This document shows, in pieces, positions 51,136 to 62,612 of a stretch of DNA of 64,000 bases. Made by a program: the position numbers and the translations under genes. How positions within the stretch are numbered: the first letter of the stretch is position 1; each line of letters opens with the position of its first letter. The notes under the pieces were generated by a model, which was not told the DNA's origin, did no database searches, and saw nothing but the letters and a program-made list of their open reading frames with translations. The DNA comes from Nitrosopumilus sp. (GTDB taxonomy: Archaea > Thermoproteota > Nitrososphaeria > Nitrososphaerales > Nitrosopumilaceae): contig OZ241857.1 in NCBI GenBank assembly GCA_965203315.1, positions 832,001 through 896,000 of the forward strand, written 5' to 3'.

Positions 51136-52086
51136 ATGTCGGCTAGTGGAATGTGGGTCGAAAAGTATCGACCAAAGGATCTTGGTGACGTAGTAAATCA
51201 GACTGAGATAGTTGGGACACTACAAGCTCTGATAAAAGATCCAACAGATATGCCACACCTGCTCTTCTCTGGATCGGCAGGGGTTGGAAAGACCACGATT
51301 GCATTATGTATAACGAGACAGATCTTGGGCGAGTACACCAAAGACTATACTCTAGAACTCAACGCGTCAGACGAGAGAGGAATAGGGATGGTACGAGAAA
51401 AGGTGAAAAAGTTTTCTAGATATGCAGGAATGGGATCTGCTCCATTCAAGATCATAATACTAGATGAAGCAGACGAGATGACGGCTGATGCACAGACGGC
51501 ACTACGAAGAATAATCGAAGATACCGCAAAGATATGCAGATTCATCTTGATTGCAAATAACGTATCAAAGATAATCGATCCGATTCAGAGTCGATGTGCG
51601 ACTTTTAAATTTACTTCGATTAGTGAAGACGACATTGTGTCTAGGCTAGACATGATTGCAAAAAAAGAGAAGGTAAAGACGGAAAAGAGAGGGCTCAAGG
51701 CCATACATGACTATGCCGGAGGAGATCTGAGACATGCAATAAATCTGTTACAAGCTACAGCTAGCATGGGTGAGATCACCGAAGCGAATGTAAAGTCTGT
51801 TGCAGGACTGACAAAGATCAGTGATGTAGACAAGATTCTAGAGATGGCATTGGCGGGTAAAATATCCGATGCACGAACAAAGATGATCGAGTTGATCAAA
51901 GTGTACGGAATGTCTGAATCGGATTTTTTAAAGTACATCAATGCTGCTGTATTCAAGTCCAAGTTGGAGAACCTAGGCGAGATTTTGGAGATCATTGCAA
52001 AGTACGACTATCGAGTCTTGGTCGGAGCAAACCCCGAGATACAACTAGTTGCAATGCTAGCCGAGATTGGAGCGACAGAGAGATAG
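51136..52086 (+). CDS. rfcS: Replication factor C small subunit
   Basis: WVEKYRP, GSAGVGKTT, ELNASDERG, ILDEAD and IQSRC motifs. Confidence 0.96.
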   Translation: MSASGMWVEKYRPKDLGDVVNQTEIVGTLQALIKDPTDMPHLLFSGSAGVGKTTIALCITRQILGEYTKDYTLELNASDERGIGMVREKVKKFSRYAGMGSAPFKIIILDEADEMTADAQTALRRIIEDTAKICRFILIANNVSKIIDPIQSRCATFKFTSISEDDIVSRLDMIAKKEKVKTEKRGLKAIHDYAGGDLRHAINLLQATASMGEITEANVKSVAGLTKISDVDKILEMALAGKISDARTKMIELIKVYGMSESDFLKYINAAVFKSKLENLGEILEIIAKYDYRVLVGANPEIQLVAMLAEIGATER

Positions 52087-52170
52087 CGCAGAGAGAGGGA
52101 TTTGAACCCCCGTATGCTTGCGCACACAGGCTTTCAAGGCCCGCGCCCTACCGAGCTAGGCGACCTCTGC
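52087..52170 (-). tRNA. tRNA-Ser (TGA)
   Basis: Anticodon loop CTTGAAA, long variable arm, discriminator G. Confidence 0.92.
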
Positions 52171-52505
52171 ATAGTACATAGATAGAATCCGATTAAAATT
52201 TGTTGGGATAACGTATCACCAATACAATATACCAACATCTAGACTCTACAATTGGTATGATCGATCAATCTTGATGAACCATACAATAGTCCAGATTGGT
52301 TGTGAATCTAGACGCATCTAGATCGATTGCCCACACAATGAATCGAAGAGACTGTAAAGTCCAAACCACGAGATACATATCAGATATGACTCTAGTTGTG
52401 TGTAGAATCGAGGATCTGGTAAAGATAATGTCATTGTCATAATCTACCAACAGATCCAGTACACAAATAGAGTGTATTCAAAATAGGAAAAGAAAAAAGA
52501 GAGAG

Positions 52506-53078
<573 letters not shown>

Positions 53079-53218
53079 TTATTTAAAGTTAGGTTAAGAT
53101 CGTCATAGACGTAATTATTGAGACATTTATGATATACATGGATGTTTTTTGTGCATATCTGCTGTGTCATTACCAGTATGATCTCTACGTTCATAATGTT
53201 TGATTGGATGTACAACAC

Positions 53219-53881
53219 ATGGATATCATAAAGTATGACATGTATCGAGGGCCCAACCTAGGTGTATATGCAAAAGCGAATGACGATATACTACTAGTGC
53301 CCATGGGTTTTGCAGAGTCCAAAGCAGAGGCGTTGGCCGAGTATCTACAGGTATCTTACCAATATGTATCGATAGCAAACACACGATTGATCGGCGCACT
53401 AGCGGTTATGAATAATACAGGAATGTTGATTCCCAAGACTGCGTTTCAGAACGAGTATGAACGCCTGCAAGAGATCGGGCTAGAGATCGGTATACTCGAC
53501 TCTAAATTTACGGCACTTGGAAATATGATATGTGCGAACGACAAAGGAGCTGTCGTGTCGCCATTGTTGAGTAGATCAGACTGTAATGCAATATCAGATG
53601 TGTTGGGAGTAGAGGTGTATCAGAGAAGGATATCAGGGTTCTATCAGACAGGTGCAGTAATGGTTGCAAACAATACTGGCGCAGTTATCCACCCTGAAGC
53701 AGACGAAGAAGATATGAAGACTTTTGCAAATGTACTTGGAGTAAAGATTGAACACTGCTCGATAAATAACGGCATACCATATGTTGCGTCAGGCATAATC
53801 GCAAATAATCACAACATCATAGTCGGCACGCTCACTACAGGACCAGAGATCATGATGATCACTAGAGCATTTCTAAATTGA
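53219..53881 (+). CDS. eif6: Translation initiation factor aIF-6
   Basis: NLGVY, IANTRLIG, ALGNMICAND and TTGPE motifs. Confidence 0.93.
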   Translation: MDIIKYDMYRGPNLGVYAKANDDILLVPMGFAESKAEALAEYLQVSYQYVSIANTRLIGALAVMNNTGMLIPKTAFQNEYERLQEIGLEIGILDSKFTALGNMICANDKGAVVSPLLSRSDCNAISDVLGVEVYQRRISGFYQTGAVMVANNTGAVIHPEADEEDMKTFANVLGVKIEHCSINNGIPYVASGIIANNHNIIVGTLTTGPEIMMITRAFLN

Positions 53882-55148
53882 GAGTAGATATAGGATCTTT
53901 GGTCAATTGTTCTAACGATATTGTCTTCTCTTTGCCACCTCGCATGTCATGTACAATTACCTTGTTATCTTTGATCTCTCGTGGTCCGACAACTAGTGCA
54001 TATTGTGTGCGTTGAGCATACTCGAACTGTTTCTTGATGTTACGTCCTACAAGATCGATATCAGTAGGTATATTGTATGATCGAAGTGCAGAGGCGATGT
54101 TACAAGCTATATCTTTCACAGTATCGTTTACATAGATTACAGCGACTCGATCTTTTAATCGAGTTTTAAAGAGTTGATGTTCACGCATGGTCATGATTAT
54201 TCTCTCAACACCACCTGCAACACCTGCTGCCGCAATATCATCTCGGCCAAATGCTGCTGGTAGTGTATCATATCTTCCACCACCTGCTAGTGCTCCAAGT
54301 TTAGACTTTTTGTCAAAGACTTCAAAGACCATTCCAGTATAGTAATCCAAACCTCGAACTATACCAAAGTTTATGCGAATATTAGATATCATTCGATTCT
54401 GAAGAGTTGAGAATAACGTCTTTAACTCGTCCCAAGATTGTAGTTGAGACGTATCCATCTGTGACTCGATCTCAGATGTAGTTCCTCTAATCTGTGCAAA
54501 GGCAAGTATCTCTTTTAATTTTGTAGAGTCGTATCCCTTTGCTGCAAACTCTGCGAGAATATCATCCTTTGATTTCTTTGTAGTCTTGTCCATAGCACGT
54601 AACATGTCAGATACTAGTTCAGGGTTGTTTGAACCAAAGACTCTAGCGATATGAGACTCGACTAGATTACGATGGTTGATATCGATTATGACGTCGGATA
54701 GTCCTAGTGATGCAAAGAGTCGCGATGTCATCTCTACTAGCTCGGCATCTGTTTCAAGATTCTTTTTTCCGTATATCTCAAAGTCCCATTGATGAAAGTA
54801 ACGATAACGACCTCTTTGTGGTTCGTCATATCTAAAGACACCACCAAATGACGATACTTTGATGGGAAGTCTGAGCGAGCGCTGTGATGATACGTATCTA
54901 GTCAATCCCATTGTAAAGTCGAATCGAAGTGCGATCTCTCGTTGTCCTTTGTCTTTAAAGTAGTATATCTCATCTCGTATTGTAGGGCCTGATTTTGTTT
55001 CAAGGGTCTCAAGTGACTCGATAGGGGATGGATCCATAAATGAGAATCCATACAGATCAGATACTCTCTTGAATAAATGTCGTACATATTCGATATCTGA
55101 CATCTCTTGCGCCTCAAAATCTTTCATGCCACGAGGTAATTCCAACAT
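53862..55148 (-). CDS. hisS: Histidyl-tRNA synthetase
   Basis: PRGMKDF, FRYDEPQRGRYR, VRGLDYYTG and GGGRYD motifs. Confidence 0.96.
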   Translation of the reverse strand: MLELPRGMKDFEAQEMSDIEYVRHLFKRVSDLYGFSFMDPSPIESLETLETKSGPTIRDEIYYFKDKGQREIALRFDFTMGLTRYVSSQRSLRLPIKVSSFGGVFRYDEPQRGRYRYFHQWDFEIYGKKNLETDAELVEMTSRLFASLGLSDVIIDINHRNLVESHIARVFGSNNPELVSDMLRAMDKTTKKSKDDILAEFAAKGYDSTKLKEILAFAQIRGTTSEIESQMDTSQLQSWDELKTLFSTLQNRMISNIRINFGIVRGLDYYTGMVFEVFDKKSKLGALAGGGRYDTLPAAFGRDDIAAAGVAGGVERIIMTMREHQLFKTRLKDRVAVIYVNDTVKDIACNIASALRSYNIPTDIDLVGRNIKKQFEYAQRTQYALVVGPREIKDNKVIVHDMRGGKEKTISLEQLTKDPISTLNLEML

Positions 55149-55405
55149 ACTAGAGGCAAAGAATATCGTGATTTAGATTTTGCTAAATCAATGTACATGT
55201 GGTGTCGCAATGTGATGTCATAAATCTCATAATGTGTAAAGTGAATTTTGTGTAATGGTAGCTACGATGTAACATTTTGTTATCAACAATGCCCAATTCA
55301 ATTCTCGTCCAGTCTACAATCTGTTCAAGGTATTGTTGACAGTAAAGTGAATTTTCCAAGGGATGACTCATTCGTGTTGAGAACAAATTGGATGTCGGTG
55401 TTCCC

Positions 55406-55483
55406 ATATCTTTTTGGGTTTGCGAGGGATGGAATTTTTACTGAAGTCATGAGATGTCATATCACGTAAATCAAAAAAGATCC
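55406..55483. mobile_element. Internally deleted MITE family A copy
   Basis: ATCTTTTTGGGTTTGCGAGGGAT ... ATCACGTAAATCAAAAAAGATCC; 78 bp. Confidence 0.6.
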
Positions 55484-55536
55484 TAGTCACGTTACTGTAA
55501 TATGACTAGTGTCATGTAAACAGAACAGCGATTTAA

Positions 55537-56073
55537 TCATAGATGATCAACTGCGAGACCCAAACCTTCTCCAAAGTAGTAACCTGCCAAGAGTGTTCCT
55601 GCAGACCATAGTAGAGAGCCTGCAAAGGTGTAGATCAGAAATTTAGGTATGTTCATGCGTAATAACCCAGCTGGTATCGAGATCATCTCGCGCATTACCG
55701 GAACCATTCGTCCTAGAAAGACTGCCTTGTCACCATACTTTTCAAACCATCTCTCAACCCTGTCTAACTTTGCTTCTGACATTCTGATATACTTGAGATA
55801 ACGTAACAGTACTATTCGTCCTAGCTTGAGAGCGATAAAGTAGATCGCAGATGTGCCGATGGTCGCTCCAGAGCCACCCAACAAGATCATCGGAATTATC
55901 TCGATCGGGGTTAGACCTTGTTGACTTGCAATAAATCCTGCTGTAGGAAATACTGCCAAGGTTGGAATTGGTGGAAATATAGTCTCAGCGAGTGCGGCAA
56001 GGAATATTCCTTCATAGAGATAGGATCCTAAAAAGTCAGATAGCCACACCAGAAAAGAGTCAAAGGGTTCCAT
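55537..56073 (-). CDS. DedA-family membrane protein
   Basis: ETIFPPIP, WFEKYG, GRMVPVMR and SIPAG motifs. Confidence 0.93.
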   Translation of the reverse strand: MEPFDSFLVWLSDFLGSYLYEGIFLAALAETIFPPIPTLAVFPTAGFIASQQGLTPIEIIPMILLGGSGATIGTSAIYFIALKLGRIVLLRYLKYIRMSEAKLDRVERWFEKYGDKAVFLGRMVPVMREMISIPAGLLRMNIPKFLIYTFAGSLLWSAGTLLAGYYFGEGLGLAVDHL

Positions 56074-56288
56074 CTGTTTTTGACAATCGAGATCTTACTA
56101 AATTACTTTGTGTTATAGTTTCTGTAAATTTTGACTAGTCAACATATTATCCAAGTTACTTACCAGATTAGTATGTTGTGAATTAGTATCTTGAGATTTG
56201 TGTAGGTGACGAGTGCCAAAGATACGGTTTGATTTTGAATTCGGCCACAAATAACACTCTAGGATCTCTGATCATAAATTATAACACA

Positions 56289-59200
56289 TTACCAGAAACG
56301 CCACCATGGTTTTGGCTTTGGTTTGTCTTCTAGCACGCATCTGCCATCTACTAGTTTAGTTCCTTCACCACATACTTGTTCCTCAGGTTCTGGCAAGCCA
56401 ACTGCTTCATAGATGGAGTCGTACTGGGGATAGTTTTTGTCGAACCAACTCTTGAATGTTGAATCGGTACTATATCGATCCACGTACATCTCTGGATCGT
56501 CACCTTCTTTTACAAAGTTGGCGATGGGTTTGGCAGGAACTGGCTTTGTAGCATTCGGTGTAGCTGGTACTACTGGTACCGGCTTGTTGGGATCAGGTAG
56601 ACCAACTGCTTCATAGATGGAGTCGTATTGTGGATAGTTTGTATCAAACCAACTCTTGAATGAGTCTGCTTCATTGTTGTATCGATCTACATATGTCTGT
56701 GGATTCTCACCTTCTTTTACAAAGTCAGCGATTGGTTTGGATGGTTTAGTCTCTACAGGTGTTGTTGGTACCGGCTTGTTGGGATCAGGTAGACCAACTG
56801 CTTCATAGATGGAGTCGTATTGTGGATAGTTTGTATCAAACCAACTCTTGAATGAGTCTGCTTCATTGTTGTATCGATCTACATATGTCTGTGGATTCTC
56901 ACCTTCTTTTACAAAGTCAGCGATTGGTTTGGATGGTTTAGTCTCTACAGGTGTTGTTGGTACCGGCTTGTTGGGATCAGGTAGACCAACTGCTTCATAG
57001 ATGGAGTCGTATTGTGGATAGTTTGTATCAAACCAACTCTTGAATGAGTCTGCTTCATTGTTGTATCGATCTACATATGTCTGTGGATTCTCACCTTCTT
57101 TTACAAAGTCAGCGATTGGTTTGGATGGTTTAGTCTCTACAGGTGTTGTTGGTACCGGCTTGTTGGGATCAGGTAGACCAACTGCTTCATAGATGGAGTC
57201 GTATTGTGGATAGTTTGTATCAAACCAACTCTTGAATGAGTCTGCTTCATTGTTGTATCGATCTACATATGTCTGTGGATTCTCACCTTCTTTTACAAAG
57301 TCAGCGATTGGTTTGGATGGTTTAGTCTCTACAGGTGTTGTTGGTACCGGCTTGTTGGGATCAGGTAGACCAACTGCTTCATAGATGGAGTCGTATTGTG
57401 GATAGTTTGTATCAAACCAACTCTTGAATGAGTCTGCTTCATTGTTGTATCGATCTACATATGTCTGTGGGTTGTCACCTTCTTTTACAAAGTCAGCGAT
57501 GGGTTTAGGTTTACTAGGTTCTGGTTCTTTGGCTTGTACTACTTTGACAGGTTTAGGTTCTGGCTTTGCATTCTCATCTATACTATCTCTTACCTCGATC
57601 GTAATCGGTTCTGTATCTCTCAATCCACTTTGACTAGCAACTATCTCAAAGCTATACGTCTTTCCACCATCTGTCTTTGAAGGCTGCCATGTAAATTTGC
57701 CACTGCTCTCATTTATGCTAGCACCTTTTGGTGCTTTACTAAGAGCAAATTTATGACCACCTATTGAACTATCAGTAAGTTTTGCTGTAAACGAGATCGA
57801 CTTTTCTTCATCAGATGTGATCTTTTGTACTGGACTTATCTCTAATACGGTCTTCTTTGTAGCAATAGTTGCCTCATTTGATGCACTCTCACTCTTTCCG
57901 ATAGCATTGATTGCAAATACTTTGTAAGCATATGTTGTGCCCTCGTCTATATTTCTATGCGAGTATGTAGTAGATGAACTATTTGTGTTTTGAACCAAAG
58001 TTATGAATGAATTAGAACCCTTCTTGGACTCTATCTGATAACCGGTTATAGGCGTGTTTCCATCGTTGGACGGTGCTCTCCACGTAAGTGTGATCTCTGT
58101 CGAACTCTTTGCTGTCGCCTTTAGATCCCTTGGTTGATCAGGCGCAGTCTTTACGACTCGAGTCGCTTCTACTGGTGTGAGGTTAACATCTTTAGAGTCA
58201 CTCTTTGGCGTAGCAGATACTTTCGGAGCCTCATCTCCGCCACCAATTAAAGCGCTACCTACAGAGAGCTTTGCTGCAATCCTATACGAGTATTCTGTAT
58301 TTACAGTAAGACCAGATACGGTATGTGTGGTCACATCTGCTCTCGTTGTACCTATTTCGGAACCCGTATCACCAGTCGATAGTACTCCAAATATCTTATA
58401 TCCATTAATGGTAACTCCCTGAGGTATATTGGATGGTGGAAACCATGACATCTTTATTGAATTAGGACTATTGGGCACTGCTACGCCTATTGGTTGAGTT
58501 GTTCTTGTTGGTGTGACTTGTGATGATGTTGTTGCTGAACTTGTACCGTCAGAATTAATTGCGTATACCCGGTAGGTGTACTTTCTGTCACTATCTAATC
58601 CCTTGTGTACAAATAGTATTGATGAACTAGATGTATCATCTGTGATTACTTCGTAATCTCTTTGGGTGTCACTCTTGTACTCTATTTTGTATCCTGTAAT
58701 CGCTGGAACAGTACTTGCTAAATTAGGAACATTCCATTTGAGCAATATAGATGTGGGAGAGAGTGGAATGGCCTGTACATTTTGAGGAACAGTTGACGTA
58801 GTTGTAGATCTAGTCGTGGTTGTAGTTGTGGTGGTTGTCGTATTAGATCCTGAACGTGTTGGATCTACACTCAATACTTGTACTCTATCATTTCCAAAGT
58901 CTGCCACATACAAGAGATCATCTCTTGTATCTAATGCAAGTCCCATCGGTGACTTGAATTGACCATTAGACGTTCCTTCACGGCCGAATTTTTCTACAAA
59001 GCATATACCATTTTTAATCTTTGTGGTTCCATTTGGGCACTCTGCAGAATCAACGAGTTTGAAGGATTGAATTCGATTATTGCCTGTATCTGATACATAT
59101 AGCAGGTCGTTTGTTTCATCAATCGCAAGTCCTGATGGGTTTTTAAATTGACCATTATTGCTGCCGAAAGAACCAAAATTGTAATTGTCAACGTAGCATA

Positions 59201-59918
59201 GTTTACTGCCACTCTTTACTGCTGTATCACTAGGACAACTTCCACGATCAATAATTTTGAGTATTATGATCTCATTTCCCTCGGAGTTGGCGATATACAA
59301 CGTACTGTTACTGACCAACATTCCACTAGGATCGTTCAAGGAACGTAAATCTGTCTTGCTAAAACTATAATCAGAGTTTTGGGCCCAGTTTCTATTATTG
59401 CCTGCAAATGCCATAATTCGATCTCGTTCAGCATCAGAAACAAATACTATTGTAGACGAACCTTCATGAACGGCTATTCCTTTTGGACCACCCAGATAAT
59501 CAGAATTGGTAGTAACATGTGTACCAAATGCTGTCACGAAATCGAGTCCATTATTAAAGACTTGAACGCGTTTATTACCTGCATCTAAAACAAATTTGTT
59601 ATTACTGGTACTATCGATAGCAGTAGGATTCTTGAACTTTCCATCACAGTCAGGACGGATTCCTGTGTTGTCACAAATGCTACCGGTAATAGAATTATGG
59701 CGATCGCCTATAAAGGTACTAATTCGATTATTTCCACTATCTACAATATTGACATTTACGACAGCTCCCCGTCTGTCTAGCAGAACGTCTGTAACGTTAT
59801 CTAGATTAGTATTTCCTGAACCGCTAGAACCTATATTGCTTGAAAATTGAATATCGGCATATGCCAAGGGTACTGCCATCACTACGATTACCAGCAATCC
59901 CATAATGATCTTATTCAA
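56289..59918 (-). CDS. Secreted NHL-repeat / 3x fibronectin type III / Ig-like protein with C-terminal 64-aa tandem repeats
   Basis: Signal peptide; GQFKNPSGLA...YVSDTGNNRIQ NHL units; FN3 W..P...ITGY.IE...Y.V.AIN units; repeat array. Confidence 0.92.
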   Translation of the reverse strand: MNKIIMGLLVIVVMAVPLAYADIQFSSNIGSSGSGNTNLDNVTDVLLDRRGAVVNVNIVDSGNNRISTFIGDRHNSITGSICDNTGIRPDCDGKFKNPTAIDSTSNNKFVLDAGNKRVQVFNNGLDFVTAFGTHVTTNSDYLGGPKGIAVHEGSSTIVFVSDAERDRIMAFAGNNRNWAQNSDYSFSKTDLRSLNDPSGMLVSNSTLYIANSEGNEIIILKIIDRGSCPSDTAVKSGSKLCYVDNYNFGSFGSNNGQFKNPSGLAIDETNDLLYVSDTGNNRIQSFKLVDSAECPNGTTKIKNGICFVEKFGREGTSNGQFKSPMGLALDTRDDLLYVADFGNDRVQVLSVDPTRSGSNTTTTTTTTTTRSTTTSTVPQNVQAIPLSPTSILLKWNVPNLASTVPAITGYKIEYKSDTQRDYEVITDDTSSSSILFVHKGLDSDRKYTYRVYAINSDGTSSATTSSQVTPTRTTQPIGVAVPNSPNSIKMSWFPPSNIPQGVTINGYKIFGVLSTGDTGSEIGTTRADVTTHTVSGLTVNTEYSYRIAAKLSVGSALIGGGDEAPKVSATPKSDSKDVNLTPVEATRVVKTAPDQPRDLKATAKSSTEITLTWRAPSNDGNTPITGYQIESKKGSNSFITLVQNTNSSSTTYSHRNIDEGTTYAYKVFAINAIGKSESASNEATIATKKTVLEISPVQKITSDEEKSISFTAKLTDSSIGGHKFALSKAPKGASINESSGKFTWQPSKTDGGKTYSFEIVASQSGLRDTEPITIEVRDSIDENAKPEPKPVKVVQAKEPEPSKPKPIADFVKEGDNPQTYVDRYNNEADSFKSWFDTNYPQYDSIYEAVGLPDPNKPVPTTPVETKPSKPIADFVKEGENPQTYVDRYNNEADSFKSWFDTNYPQYDSIYEAVGLPDPNKPVPTTPVETKPSKPIADFVKEGENPQTYVDRYNNEADSFKSWFDTNYPQYDSIYEAVGLPDPNKPVPTTPVETKPSKPIADFVKEGENPQTYVDRYNNEADSFKSWFDTNYPQYDSIYEAVGLPDPNKPVPTTPVETKPSKPIADFVKEGENPQTYVDRYNNEADSFKSWFDTNYPQYDSIYEAVGLPDPNKPVPVVPATPNATKPVPAKPIANFVKEGDDPEMYVDRYSTDSTFKSWFDKNYPQYDSIYEAVGLPEPEEQVCGEGTKLVDGRCVLEDKPKPKPWWRFW
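56395..57505 (-). repeat. Intragenic 192-bp tandem repeat: five near-identical copies plus one diverged copy
   Basis: GGATTCTCACC recurs at 56701, 56893, 57085 and 57277 (period 192), with a variant at 57469. Confidence 0.97.
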
Positions 59919-60073
59919 ACTATGATTTCATCATATCATCTTTTTATTAAATTTGAGAACAACTTTCTTGATCCATTTACTCAATTGTGTTAAAGCTAAT
60001 TTTTTCTCAACTGCCTCTCCACACAGTGGATCTCTAGTAATCTGGTGCTAGAACAGACGCAGGTATGCTGACG

Positions 60074-60487
60074 TTAGAGATCTAGTAGAAACTTCATGTA
60101 TACTCGTGTGTTACGTCTGATCTCCATCTCGTAAAACGTAGGTGCCTTTATCTCTACCTTAAAGTTGTGTCTCTTGACGTCTAGTGGCTCTCCGAAAGCG
60201 ATAGCGTTGATGGTATATGTGTCATCCTTGAGTTCAAATTCTATCCTTCTTATCGCAAATCCTTCCGTGACTAGTATGAATGGTATCTCTTCCAGCCAAC
60301 TAAACAAGAGATATCTCAAGTCTTTGCCACTAGCAGTAAACTCTCTCTTATCTATCTCTTTGACATTATCTTGATCAATGGTCAGGTTGATCACTGCGTC
60401 TGCGGCTAGCTTGAACGCTTCTTTGATATCCTTTGCGTCGATCTCTATTATTGCATCAGTTGCATGATCTAAAAATCTATAGCTCAT
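60074..60487 (-). CDS. Archease
   Basis: YRFLDHATD, EIKAPTFY and terminal LDL motifs. Confidence 0.93.
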   Translation of the reverse strand: MSYRFLDHATDAIIEIDAKDIKEAFKLAADAVINLTIDQDNVKEIDKREFTASGKDLRYLLFSWLEEIPFILVTEGFAIRRIEFELKDDTYTINAIAFGEPLDVKRHNFKVEIKAPTFYEMEIRRNTRVYMKFLLDL

Positions 60488-60558
60488 CTACCTCTACTTG
60501 CTCATCTTTTATCTAAACTATACTTTCTACGATATCTTTGATCTTAACGCCCGGTATC

Positions 60559-61017
60559 CTACATAGTTGGAGTAATCTCTGCACTTCCGAATAATACTCC
60601 AAATGGTTTGCACCAAACCAAAACTTTGTTGTATTTATCGAGGTCTACGCCGTCTGGAATATCGTAATTTTGATCACCTTGGTTTGCTTTTAGTGAGCCC
60701 AAGTTTACGAAATCTTTCGCGTCAATGTCTGCTGACAAATACACATATAGATCAGGACCGTTTGTGGACCTAAAGTTCTCCAAGCGCAGTACTGTATTAC
60801 CATCTTTGAGGGGAATGGTATACGCATCACCTTGTGCATCATGGATGCCATCCCCTACACCAACAAACGTTCCACTATACGATACTGCACTCAACTCTCC
60901 GTCGCTCATATTCTCTGGTAGTTCTTCAATAACTGTGGACTCTGTAAAGTACGGAGAAAGAAATGCAGCTGCTGTCACACCCACTATGATGATACCAATA
61001 ATGATAATCTTATTCAT
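60559..61017 (-). CDS. DM13 domain protein with N-terminal membrane anchor
   Basis: LRLENF..TNGPDLYVYLS, LKANQGDQNY and VWCKPFGVLFG motifs. Confidence 0.92.
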   Translation of the reverse strand: MNKIIIIGIIIVGVTAAAFLSPYFTESTVIEELPENMSDGELSAVSYSGTFVGVGDGIHDAQGDAYTIPLKDGNTVLRLENFRSTNGPDLYVYLSADIDAKDFVNLGSLKANQGDQNYDIPDGVDLDKYNKVLVWCKPFGVLFGSAEITPTM

Positions 61018-61156
61018 AACTCGGAAATAGTAGCGGGATATATAGCAATTATCATGGTCCAGCATTTTGGGTTTTGATATTTTACAACGCAGATCGAAAT
61101 ACTCGCCCATATGATTATTCTAATTTTATGCAAAGTTAGAAGCGTGGTTTGGTGTC

Positions 61157-61272
61157 GGATCTTTTGTTCGTGTGGGATGACGTTTCGCAAGGCTTTTTCT
61201 GTAATCTTCACTTCTAGAATCTTGTAGTGCTTTTTCTGTAACCATTCTATTCCACGTAAACCATAGAGATCC
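61157..61272. mobile_element. MITE family A copy
   Basis: GGATCTTTTGTTCGTGTGGGAT ... TTCCACGTAAACCATAGAGATCC. Confidence 0.82.
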
Positions 61273-61320
61273 AGTTTTGGTAGACCATAAAATTTAAGAT
61301 AAGACGAATGTAGGTAAAGT

Positions 61321-62226
61321 ATGAGATTGTCAAGTAGGGCAAACAAGATACACGAAGAAGAACAAATCAGTATTGTAACAATGCAGGTATCGGAGCTAAT
61401 AAGAGAAGGTAAACGTGAAAGGATTCTAGATCTCTGTAATGACATACTTGCAAGAAATCCAGATGTTGCAATTGCACATCAATTCAAAGCTATGCATTTT
61501 AACGATCGAGGAAGACATGATGTTGCACTCGGTCACTGCGATGATGCAATACGGTGTGCTAGTCAAGCCTACAAACCAGTATATCTTGCCACAAAAGCAG
61601 CCATGTTGTATGATGCTGGCAAATATGATAAAGCTCTAGAATTTGCAGACAAGACTATGGATAGTGGACTAGACGATAGATCCTTGTTTGGTATTAAAGG
61701 ACTAGTATTGCATCAAAGATATAACAGAGATCCAAGCCCAGACCTTGCAAAAGAGATCCTGTACTATTATGACAAAGCTCTAGAATACAATCCGATCTAT
61801 AATACTCCCGATGATATTACAAACCATGAAGTATTTGATGTTCTACAAGCTGACTATAGTGACCAAGTTCTACACGGCAAGGGACTGTTATTATTTGATC
61901 TAAAAAAGTATAATCCAGCACTCAGGTGTTTTGAAGAGGAACTAACAACAGATCCTGATAATGTAAAGACTTTGACAAACAAGGCAACAGCGCTATATCG
62001 TGTTGGCAAAAACGAGGAATCAATAAAATGTTGTAGGCATCTGGCAAAACTAGATCCACGAGATCCTGACATATTGTATTCTCTTTGTGCGAGGTTTTAT
62101 GGTCTAGAACTCTATGATGAGGCACTCGATACCATAAATACTGCAATAAATCTAGATCCTTCTAATTCCAAAGGCGAAAAATACAGACGTGTCATCGAGT
62201 CAAAACTAGAGTCAAAGAATTGCTGA
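61321..62226 (+). CDS. Tetratricopeptide-repeat protein
   Basis: Repeated KG..L.....Y..AL..F/Y...L..DP units. Confidence 0.9.
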   Translation: MRLSSRANKIHEEEQISIVTMQVSELIREGKRERILDLCNDILARNPDVAIAHQFKAMHFNDRGRHDVALGHCDDAIRCASQAYKPVYLATKAAMLYDAGKYDKALEFADKTMDSGLDDRSLFGIKGLVLHQRYNRDPSPDLAKEILYYYDKALEYNPIYNTPDDITNHEVFDVLQADYSDQVLHGKGLLLFDLKKYNPALRCFEEELTTDPDNVKTLTNKATALYRVGKNEESIKCCRHLAKLDPRDPDILYSLCARFYGLELYDEALDTINTAINLDPSNSKGEKYRRVIESKLESKNC

Positions 62227-62327
62227 ATCAAGTATTTGATTGTGTTATTGTTGAGATTCTACCGTCTGATTATGTAGACCGAACAAATGTAAGATCGTTT
62301 TCTGGTACAAGTTTAAGCCCTGACAGA

Positions 62328-62432
62328 GGATTCTTCGATTTAAATGGAATAGTATTTCGCAAGGCTTTTTTTCTAATTTTCCCTTATAGAATCTTGTAAT
62401 ATTTTCTGTAACCGTTCATCAACCAAAGATCC
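62328..62432. mobile_element. MITE family A copy (eroded right end)
   Basis: GGATTCTTCGATTTAAATGGAAT ... AACCAAAGATCC; interior matches 61157-61272. Confidence 0.78.
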
Positions 62433-62498
62433 GACATGTTTTGTCTAAAAGTAATTTGTACATGTCTTTAGTTGTTGTCTTTTCTTGAGTATCTAGAC

Positions 62499-62612
62499 TT
62501 ACTCAAACGGTTTGTCAGGTATCTTTAGTTTTCTTCCACGACCGCCCTTGTCTTCCAAACCCAGAATACTCTCTTCGCTAAATCGATTGAGCCAACAGTA
62601 TACTGTACGTTC
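62499..62612 (-). pseudogene. Transposase helix-turn-helix fragment (IS630/IS481-like)
   Basis: ERTVYCWLNRFSEESILGLEDKGGRGRK; cut by MITE B. Confidence 0.65.

Noticed and set aside
56395-57505. Regular repeats as a CRISPR array
   Set aside because: Units are 192 bp, contiguous, in frame within a CDS, and have no unique spacers; no cas genes are present
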